DNA from: an uncultured archaeon
GTDB taxonomy: Archaea > Asgardarchaeota > Thorarchaeia > Thorarchaeales > Thorarchaeaceae
NCBI GenBank assembly: GCA_964610875.1
Contig: CAZSWP010000055.1
Location: forward strand, 1 to 19,173
Length of the DNA: 19,173 nt
Direction of reading: 5' to 3'
Below the pieces are notes generated by a model, which saw only the letters and a program-made list of their open reading frames with translations, searched no databases and was not told the origin of the DNA. Position numbers and translations under genes: made by a program. Each line of letters begins with the position of its first letter. Position 1 is the first letter of the stretch. This document shows positions 1-7,251 of the stretch, one piece after another.

Positions 1-1
1 A

Positions 2-196
2 AGAGGCTGTTACGTACTTGAGAGTAATTCTGCGACAGATGCAATCAGAGAACTCTATCCTGAATATCTGATTACAGAGGTCTATGCGTCACGTGCAATT
101 AGTTCAGTGTCATCGACAAGAGGTAAAATACCAGAATTTCTAATCAGTAATTATTCGCCGACAGAAAAACCACAAAAAACCTTAGATGAATTTTGA
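2..196 (+). CDS. dam: DNA adenine methyltransferase, Dam/D12 family, C-terminal end (5'-truncated by window; not in ORF track)
   Basis: Hand translation of frame +2: RGCYVLESNSATDAIRELYPEYLITEVYASRAISSVSSTRGKIPEFLISNYSPTEKPQKTLDEF*, TGA at 194-196. It matches the typical D12/Dam C-terminus (SNS..IRELY..V.A.R.I....RG...E.LI.NY). Confidence 0.85.
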   Translation, partial: RGCYVLESNSATDAIRELYPEYLITEVYASRAISSVSSTRGKIPEFLISNYSPTEKPQKTLDEF

Positions 197-198
197 TA

Positions 199-1686
199 TC
201 ACTCATCTTTTATGTAGATGAGTAAATATTCATGATTAATTTCTAAATCCCCTTGCTTATTTTCATGGTTCTCGGTTTCAGAGGTCACGATAACGATCTC
301 GCGAATACTAAAGTCTTCAAGTGGCAACTTCCAAAACTCTAATACCGGACAAACAAAGGAACCGTCTATTCTATAGTCCTTGCAACGAATTGCCAAATGA
401 CTATTATTGGGAATACTATCCCCGATCGACGAAACCAAATTCTTCATTTGAAGTTGTATCTCTTCTTTACTGATATGAAGATTTGATGCAAGAGATTGTG
501 TTTTAATATATGCAAGGTCTATGTCACCTAGTTGTTTAATTTCTTCATCTGTATCATTGTCTGCAAAAGATACCTCGATGATCGATTCATTACGTGTATA
601 CCGGTTAAAGAGATTTGATTCTAATTCAGACTCAATATCATCAGTCAATATCCATGTGGTTTTGCATTGCATGGTTGCGGGAGGATCGGGTTTTGCTAAT
701 TCTCTGAACCTGTGAGAAGGTATGCTTTGAGAAATTCCAAATATGGAACCCTTTTGTTTCTTTGAAAGAATAGGAAGATACTCCTGTGAGAGAAGTAGAA
801 AATTATGTTTAACACTTGATGAGTACCAGAAACCGGTAGTTCTACAATTATGTTGCCTTTTGATAATCAAATCCTGAAGAGAGAAACCTAGATTAGTGAA
901 TTTTTCAATGGTACGGAATCCCAAGGGAATGACTCGCTTTTTATTTCGCATATCACCAATCAAAATAGCACATATGCCATCTGGTTTTAAAACACGATAA
1001 CATTCTGCTGCAACATCTTCCATTTTTTGGAGAAAATCCTCTACTGATAATAAGGAGATGTCACCATCAATACCATCACTGTATGGGACAATGTCAGCAT
1101 AGGGAGGGTGTGTACATACCAAATCAATAGATCCATCTTCGATATCTGATAGATCACATGCATCGCCGACTGATATAAAAGGTTCATAGAAGGATGTATC
1201 ATCAATTTCTTCTTCTAGAGTTTTCTGTATACCGACAGTGAAGTCCAAATTTCTACGTACTAATTGGACTGCACCTAAATTGATATCTCTGGCAATACAT
1301 CTGCGTCCCAATAGTTTTGCTTCGACAGCTGTAGTTCCACCTCCACAAAACTGATCAAGTACAATATCACCAGGATGGCTATACCTCAGGATGACATTTC
1401 TTGGAATATATGGGGACCAATTCCCACGATAGTCACCATTATGAGTTGCCCAATTTCCACGACTCTTGAAACTCCAAACTGAACTAGTTTCAAGTTTGAA
1501 CTCCTTCGGAAATAGTGATCTAATTTTCCTACTGCTGGAGTATAGATTCAGGTTTATACCAGTTACTCCAATCACAGCATTTTCAATCTCACTAAGACCT
1601 ATCGAAAATTCTTGCATGACTTCCTGATCAGTTTTTCCTGATGCTTTAGCCTCGTAGATTGCATTCGATAGATCTTCATGATTCAT
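199..1686 (-). CDS. Amino (N4-C/N6-A)-type DNA methyltransferase with N-terminal HTH-like region and degenerate second MTase-like domain
   Basis: SAM-binding motif VLDQFCGGGTT precedes catalytic motif THPPY, with the family block VWSF..RGNWATH.GDYRGNWSPYIPRN. The start is set at ATG 1686 (MNHEDL...), which follows GGTGTTAGGA, rather than GTG 1800, because the extension spans a palindromic promoter-like region. Confidence 0.85.
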   Translation of the reverse strand: MNHEDLSNAIYEAKASGKTDQEVMQEFSIGLSEIENAVIGVTGINLNLYSSSRKIRSLFPKEFKLETSSVWSFKSRGNWATHNGDYRGNWSPYIPRNVILRYSHPGDIVLDQFCGGGTTAVEAKLLGRRCIARDINLGAVQLVRRNLDFTVGIQKTLEEEIDDTSFYEPFISVGDACDLSDIEDGSIDLVCTHPPYADIVPYSDGIDGDISLLSVEDFLQKMEDVAAECYRVLKPDGICAILIGDMRNKKRVIPLGFRTIEKFTNLGFSLQDLIIKRQHNCRTTGFWYSSSVKHNFLLLSQEYLPILSKKQKGSIFGISQSIPSHRFRELAKPDPPATMQCKTTWILTDDIESELESNLFNRYTRNESIIEVSFADNDTDEEIKQLGDIDLAYIKTQSLASNLHISKEEIQLQMKNLVSSIGDSIPNNSHLAIRCKDYRIDGSFVCPVLEFWKLPLEDFSIREIVIVTSETENHENKQGDLEINHEYLLIYIKDE

Positions 1687-1722
1687 TCCTAACACCAATG
1701 ACTGTATTTGAGTACAAGTTTT

Positions 1723-1750
1723 CAATAAATATAGACCACTATATTTATTG
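1723..1750. promoter_or_regulatory. Perfect 12-bp inverted repeat (putative operator) overlapping TATA-like sequence upstream of the MTase
   Basis: CAATAAATATAG-acca-CTATATTTATTG, 37-64 bp upstream of ATG 1686. Confidence 0.6.
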
Positions 1751-1804
1751 TAGGATGGCTTTTTTGAGCATAAACACCATGTTATTGTTTCAAACAACAC
1801 ATTT

Positions 1805-2440
1805 CTAATTCAATAAAGTTGATTGCTTTGATTTGTCAATATACCAAAGTGGTTCTAAATTTTCATGATAGTCTCTATGATTCCTATCCTCTTTTTTTGT
1901 GTATTTGACATAGGGTGTATTTCCTTTGGCTACACTCATACACATATTGTCAATCTCCTTTGGACTATCAATGAACTGCCGCACCCAACCCTGAAAGAAT
2001 AATGTAGGAGGGTCATATTTGCTAGGTTTGTTGTAACAGTATTCTTGTTCTATTAAAAAGAGTTGAGACAGTGTACCAATAACTTGAATGGCATTGAGCT
2101 TGTGTTCAAAATCAACCCTTTCCAATTCACACAGTTCATTAAGTGGATCCTTTCCATAAAATATATTGTCAAAAGCTGTTAGTAGATCTATTTTCATATC
2201 TGGTTTACAGCGTGTCCGTAGATTAAGGTCAATAAATAGACGCATATGATTTGGTCTGAATTCTCTAGAGCCCTCTTTAAGCCATATTTGAAAATTCTTA
2301 CTTACATCATATTTTTCAAACCTTTTTGCCAGTTTACTTGGTCGTAGTAGAAAGATATCAGCACTTTCACTTTTAAAAACGGATTTCCTAGTATCAAATG
2401 GAAGGTCTTTCACAATTTGAAATATTTCTTTTTTCTTCAT
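1805..2440 (-). CDS. Hypothetical protein, candidate restriction endonuclease partner of the adjacent MTase
   Basis: 211-aa soluble basic ORF, co-oriented and directly upstream of the MTase, with SD-like GAAGTGAG before the ATG. No catalytic motif was recognised; the function is from context only. Confidence 0.5.
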   Translation of the reverse strand: MKKKEIFQIVKDLPFDTRKSVFKSESADIFLLRPSKLAKRFEKYDVSKNFQIWLKEGSREFRPNHMRLFIDLNLRTRCKPDMKIDLLTAFDNIFYGKDPLNELCELERVDFEHKLNAIQVIGTLSQLFLIEQEYCYNKPSKYDPPTLFFQGWVRQFIDSPKEIDNMCMSVAKGNTPYVKYTKKEDRNHRDYHENLEPLWYIDKSKQSTLLN

Positions 2441-2647
2441 TTATTCTCACTTCAAATATACATATTATTCCTTGTTCATCACAATATACATACTACATTG
2501 AAGAGATAGGAAAAAGGTTTTTGGACTCTTAGAGTATATCCACTCTCCAAAACACAACATCTAATGAGTAAATTCGGGATTTATTCATTTTCGAAACACA
2601 AATTATAATTCGAATGGAACACCATTGAGATAATGTGGTATTGACAA

Positions 2648-3136
2648 GTGGCATTATTTTCATATGATATTCCTAGCAAATTGGGTTTTGACCTTGTTGA
2701 TGTGATTTTAGAAAATATTCTCACACAAAGGACTGTAAAGGAAATCTCACGCACAATTGGACAACATGAAAGGCATGCACGATTCCTAATACAAAACGCT
2801 GAAATTCTCAAATTGATCAAAAAAGAAAATGGTTACTGGGTATTGACAGGAACCGGGTTAGATTTCTTGGATTGTTGTAAAGAAGAAAAACAATCAATTC
2901 TTGTAAAAGCAGTCATGAAATGTAATTTATTTCAGGAGCTTTTCAGAAAGCTTGGGACACTTGACCATCTTTCCACTATTTCAACCAAACAAATTGCATC
3001 TTTCTTGAGAGAGAATACAGTGATTTCAAATAATAGACTCCACTCAATCAGTAGAAAAACTGCAATAAGAAGAGCTAGTTCAGTCAAGAAATGGATTATC
3101 TGGTTGAAAGCGCACATTAATAATTTCCAATTATGA
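2648..3136 (+). CDS. Stand-alone tandem winged-helix protein resembling the C-terminal (DUF7226-like) domain of restriction-associated proteins
   Basis: wHTH pattern (EISRTIGQHERHARFLIQNAEILKLI...WVLTGTG) and C-terminal signature S.KTAIRRASSVKKWIIWL, recalled from restriction-associated proteins ending STxxRRASTVxxWxxW. GTG start. Confidence 0.6.
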   Translation: MALFSYDIPSKLGFDLVDVILENILTQRTVKEISRTIGQHERHARFLIQNAEILKLIKKENGYWVLTGTGLDFLDCCKEEKQSILVKAVMKCNLFQELFRKLGTLDHLSTISTKQIASFLRENTVISNNRLHSISRKTAIRRASSVKKWIIWLKAHINNFQL

Positions 3137-3311
3137 AGCTCAATTAGAAAAATGCAGATAAAATTCGTTTTTCTATCTGAAGTAATATCCTCTATAGAAA
3201 AGAAATGCAATATTGACTAATAAAAACACTATATTTCCAATATCTTCATAATTATGTATTACGAGGTGTTTTTGTTCATCAATGATGACTATTAGAGGGA
3301 CATAGATACTA

Positions 3312-4607
3312 ATGACAAAAACTAAATCATATCTTCTGGTTGAGCCCGAGTTTCCCATTCCCACTAAGAGTAAAAACCACAAGGATTTCTTTCCTATTGG
3401 ATTATTGAAATTAGCCACACTACTAGATAATCAAGGTAATGAAGTGCAAATATTAAGAGGGCAAAAACCTATCGAGGAAATTCGATTCAAGCCAGATGAA
3501 GTTTGGGTAACATCACTCTTTACATACTGGTCAAAATATGTAAAGCAATCAGTGAAACATTATGCATCACTTTTTCCTTCTACTAAGACAGTAGTTGGAG
3601 GGATATATGCTTCTCTCATGCCTGAACATTGTAAGAATTATACAGGGTGTGACGAAGTATTCTTGGGAGTCTATCCTGAAGCAGAAATTGTTGACCCAAA
3701 TTATGACCTTCTTCCGGAAGGTTCCAATAATATAGATTTTCAGATAATACATGTCACAAGAGGTTGTCCAAGACGGTGTGAGTTTTGTGGGACATGGAAA
3801 ATAGAACCTGAATTTAAAGCAAAGAAAACAATCTTGCCTGAGATAAATAAAAGAAAACTCGTATTTTATGACAATAATTTACTTTATCATTCAGAAATTG
3901 AGGATATATTTCAAGAATTAATTGAACTAAAAGCCAAAAGGAAGATACTCTGGTGTGAAGCACAAAGTGGATTTGATGGTAGAATATTGTTGAAAAAACC
4001 ACATCTAGGTAAGATGATAAAAAAAGCAGGTTTCAGGTCACCTCGTATCGCTTGGGACTGGGGTTTTGACCAAAGAAAAAGTATAGCAAAGCAATTGAAA
4101 ATTTTGACTGATGCAGGATATAATGCAAAAGAAATTGAAGTATTTGTGCTTTATAATTGGGATATACCATTTGATGAGATGGAGAAGAAAAGGGTTCAGT
4201 GTTACAAATGGCGAGTGCAAATAGCCGATTGTAGGTATAGACCATTAGATCAGACATTTGACGAATACAATCCCCGTAGAAGAAACCAAACAGCTAGAGA
4301 TTATTACATTCATTCTCAGGCAGGTTGGACAGACTTCCTTGTGAAGCAATATAGAAAAAATATCCGCCGAACCAATATTTGTGTTCGACATGGATTTCCA
4401 TTCTATTCCTCTGCATTTGAGAGAAAAAAAATAGGAAATTCTCATGCAAAGCATCTCAAATCTCTTCATACATTGAAAGAAAAGGAAGAATATCTTAGGA
4501 AAGAGGGAATTGAATATTGGTTTCCAGGAAAAACCACAAAATCATATGAGCTACTTGATTCTTCTCAAAATACTGCACAAACATCTCTTCAAGAATTCAA
4601 TGTATGA
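3312..4607 (+). CDS. Radical SAM protein with N-terminal B12-binding-like domain
   Basis: CxxxCxxC motif TRGCPRRCEFC. N-terminal PIGLLKLA...VWVTSLFTY...VVGGIYASLMPEH is typical of cobalamin-binding-like radical SAM proteins, followed by FYDNNLL and QSGFDGR. Confidence 0.88.
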   Translation: MTKTKSYLLVEPEFPIPTKSKNHKDFFPIGLLKLATLLDNQGNEVQILRGQKPIEEIRFKPDEVWVTSLFTYWSKYVKQSVKHYASLFPSTKTVVGGIYASLMPEHCKNYTGCDEVFLGVYPEAEIVDPNYDLLPEGSNNIDFQIIHVTRGCPRRCEFCGTWKIEPEFKAKKTILPEINKRKLVFYDNNLLYHSEIEDIFQELIELKAKRKILWCEAQSGFDGRILLKKPHLGKMIKKAGFRSPRIAWDWGFDQRKSIAKQLKILTDAGYNAKEIEVFVLYNWDIPFDEMEKKRVQCYKWRVQIADCRYRPLDQTFDEYNPRRRNQTARDYYIHSQAGWTDFLVKQYRKNIRRTNICVRHGFPFYSSAFERKKIGNSHAKHLKSLHTLKEKEEYLRKEGIEYWFPGKTTKSYELLDSSQNTAQTSLQEFNV

Positions 4608-4637
4608 TGAAATTTTGCAGTAGCTCATTGGGGATAT

Positions 4638-5039
4638 TCATGATTCCTTAAGTTTCGATATCATCATTTGTTCAAGTTCATTGATTATCGCTTGAGACTG
4701 TTTACTACTCATTTCTCTTAGTATTTCAATTCCAGCATTTGCAAACTCTTCGGCAATTGTATAGGTCTTATCCAAGTCTGCAAGAACTTCAACGCCTCCC
4801 TCCTTAACTGCAATCGCTTTGACAAGCTGTGAATATTTTCTAGGAAAAAACGAAAGAACCACAAGCCCATCCCGACTCTTACCAGCAAATGGCTTGGGTT
4901 CACCTGTTTGTAATCCTAAACCGAAAGCTACCATGAAAATCTCTGAATTAGATGCCTTGGAAAATGCACCTCGTGATGAGATCTTCTTGTAAATATCCCT
5001 ATGTTCCTTTAATATGTATATTCTATCACGTTCACCCAT
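4638..5039 (-). CDS. Dnd-system-associated small protein (dnd-associated protein 4 / DndE-like)
   Basis: IFMVAFGLG and IAEEFANAGIEIL resemble the IFEEYANGGLEIL signature. It overlaps the ATPase stop by 8 bp (ATGGGTGA) and has SD GAGGTGA at 5046-5052. Confidence 0.72.
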   Translation of the reverse strand: MGERDRIYILKEHRDIYKKISSRGAFSKASNSEIFMVAFGLGLQTGEPKPFAGKSRDGLVVLSFFPRKYSQLVKAIAVKEGGVEVLADLDKTYTIAEEFANAGIEILREMSSKQSQAIINELEQMMISKLKES

Positions 5040-7011
5040 ATTCTTTCACCTCAGATGTTCCATCTTGATTGCGCACGATTTCATATTCTGCTAGTAACAC
5101 TGGGGACAATGCATTTCTTTCTTGTTCTGTATATTCAGCTGAAGTCATTAAAATTATAATTTGTTTGCCTTTCATTTGTTCTTTCAGAACATTGAGTAAT
5201 GGTTCTCTGTCCTTTAGGTCAATTCTCCCAAGAGGTGTGTCAATTATAATTGGTGTTTCCCATACCGAAACAGAATTCAAAGCATGTAGAAAAGTAAGAG
5301 CAAGCGAAGCTCTTTGTCCTGCTGAGAGCCCGCCTATCCCATCTTCCATTCCATATTCCTTGAATTTTACCGAGGTCATGAAATCATTGCCAATCGATAT
5401 AGATTCGACTTTTGTATCATTTATAGCTATTAATCCTTGTTCGGATGTTACCTTATCAACCTGTTTTCGTATTGAATCGAGAACTTGTTCCGATATGTCT
5501 TGTCCTATTTCTAAGCTCTCTGAACATAGATCTTTTCTTTTGTTAAGTTTCTCATACTTTGCAATTGATCTCTGATATTGATCAAGCTTTGTTTCATTTT
5601 CATCACGTTCGCGTTCCCTCTCCTTAATTCTACCTTTTATCGCAATTTTTTCGGTAGTCAAATCTTCTATTTGCTTCTTTACTTCTGCTTCTCTTTTCTC
5701 AAGTTGCACTATATCAATATCATCAAAATCCTTGATTTGAGTATGAATGTCTTCAATCTCAAGACCAATTTCTGTGATTTCACCATTTACAGCATCAATC
5801 TTACCATTTACTGAACTCAACTGGTCTAAGATACCTCTTTTCTGCGAAGATAATTCGTGAAGATCACTAATTAGAAGAGGTAGCATTGTTGAGGTTGCTT
5901 CTCTTACTATATTCTCTTCCATCTTCTTTTTGAGATACTCTTCCTCTTCACTACCTTCTTTGATGTCACGTCCACATATACACTCTGCAGTTTCGATTAG
6001 ATGTTCAATGAAAATATTACGGAATGGTGCGGGTAATTCGTATCCTTCCTGACCTTCTGATATCAGTTTGAGAGCATTATCAATAGTATTTTTAGACACT
6101 GCAAGTGAAAAATCCTCAATGATCAATCTTTTTCTTCGATTTTCTAGATCATCAAGCCTCTGTTCCTTTTCTTTCTTCTCTTGTGTGAGAAGTTCTCTTC
6201 TCTTCTGTTTCTCTCGGATTACTTCTATGTTGCTGCTTCTTAAAGCTGAATCAAGGTCGCTTTTGAGATCTCTCAATTCATCCTCTTGTTCAATAATATC
6301 TTCAAGTTTTTCCTTGTGCGTATCGATTTCGTTTGAAAGTTCATCAATTCGTTTTTGTACTGATTTCATCTGAGGGGTGGGATCGCTATAACTCTGTTTG
6401 AAATCCTTTTTCGTTTTTTCGAGTTTATCTACAACTTTATCAAATAAGTTCAGTTTTGATATACCATGAATTGCTCCTCGAATTTTACTAACTGTTTGTT
6501 CAAGGAAGTATTTGTCAAGCTTTTCTCCATCGAACATGAAGTAAGATGATAGGGTTTCTGGCATAACTCTCTCAATATATAACTGAGGATAATCATAATA
6601 TTCGTAATCTTTTTCAGATAGATATCCAACGGAAAGTGATGATAGACCTCCACCTATTTTTTCTTCTTTGATGGTTCCATTCTTTGTTTTTCTGAATCTT
6701 TTCTTTCTGCAAATTTCAGTTCTTATCCCTTCATCCATGAAGACCAAACTAACTTCAACATCAGCTGTTTCACCCACAGTCATAGCAGCTTTTGTAGAGG
6801 AATTTAGCATAGGGAGAGCTCTTCTTTTAAGGCCCAAGTGAGGTTCTTCTTCATAGAGACACCAATTGATAGCATTAAGGATATTCGTTTTTCCAAAACC
6901 CATTCTACCCACCACTACGGCGATATGAGCTTCTTCAGAAACATCAGGAATCTCTATTGTTGTATTTCGATACTGTCTATAATTTTTCAGTACAATCCTT
7001 TTCAGAATCAT
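5032..7011 (-). CDS. DndD/Rad50-like coiled-coil ABC ATPase with CxC hinge
   Basis: Walker A GRMGFGKT, FMFDGE, long coiled coils, central CICG, signature LSAGQR, Walker B/D-loop IIIDTPLGRID (DndD-type DTP). SD GGAGTGA at 7017-7023. Confidence 0.9.
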   Translation of the reverse strand: MILKRIVLKNYRQYRNTTIEIPDVSEEAHIAVVVGRMGFGKTNILNAINWCLYEEEPHLGLKRRALPMLNSSTKAAMTVGETADVEVSLVFMDEGIRTEICRKKRFRKTKNGTIKEEKIGGGLSSLSVGYLSEKDYEYYDYPQLYIERVMPETLSSYFMFDGEKLDKYFLEQTVSKIRGAIHGISKLNLFDKVVDKLEKTKKDFKQSYSDPTPQMKSVQKRIDELSNEIDTHKEKLEDIIEQEDELRDLKSDLDSALRSSNIEVIREKQKRRELLTQEKKEKEQRLDDLENRRKRLIIEDFSLAVSKNTIDNALKLISEGQEGYELPAPFRNIFIEHLIETAECICGRDIKEGSEEEEYLKKKMEENIVREATSTMLPLLISDLHELSSQKRGILDQLSSVNGKIDAVNGEITEIGLEIEDIHTQIKDFDDIDIVQLEKREAEVKKQIEDLTTEKIAIKGRIKERERERDENETKLDQYQRSIAKYEKLNKRKDLCSESLEIGQDISEQVLDSIRKQVDKVTSEQGLIAINDTKVESISIGNDFMTSVKFKEYGMEDGIGGLSAGQRASLALTFLHALNSVSVWETPIIIDTPLGRIDLKDREPLLNVLKEQMKGKQIIILMTSAEYTEQERNALSPVLLAEYEIVRNQDGTSEVKEYG

Positions 7012-7016
7012 TCAGT

Positions 7017-7247
7017 TCACTCCTTCTCTTGGATACCCTCAACAATAACATCTTTGTACCAATCTTTCCAATGCCAGACCTCTTTTTCGCGTTCTTTATA
7101 TTCCTTGTATAATGCTCTTAGTAAAACACGTTTTGCTTGATAACTGCCTTCACATTCATCAAGAGCAGAAGCAACCCAAGGATTAATATTTCGACTAATT
7201 ATTTCAAGTAATCCTTCTAGCCCTTTAGTTTTCCATTTCTTTACCAT
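7017..7247 (-). CDS. Small helical protein of the helicase-ATPase operon
   Basis: 76-aa ORF filling the gap between helicase (4 bp) and ATPase (5 bp); helical, charged and Trp-rich at the C-terminus. Confidence 0.7.
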   Translation of the reverse strand: MVKKWKTKGLEGLLEIISRNINPWVASALDECEGSYQAKRVLLRALYKEYKEREKEVWHWKDWYKDVIVEGIQEKE

Positions 7248-7251
7248 ACTT

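Noticed and set aside
1687-1800. 38-aa N-terminal extension of the MTase from GTG 1800
   Set aside because: Non-protein-like sequence overlapping a palindrome/TATA region; ATG 1686 has SD-like sequence.
4638-7011. Canonical DndABCDE phosphorothioation cluster
   Set aside because: No DndA, DndB or DndC in the window and the gene order differs; only DndD-like and DndE-like parts are present.
5032-7011. Housekeeping Rad50/SMC
   Set aside because: Short (659 aa), CxC rather than CxxC hook, DTP rather than DEP Walker B, and no Mre11/HerA/NurA neighbours.
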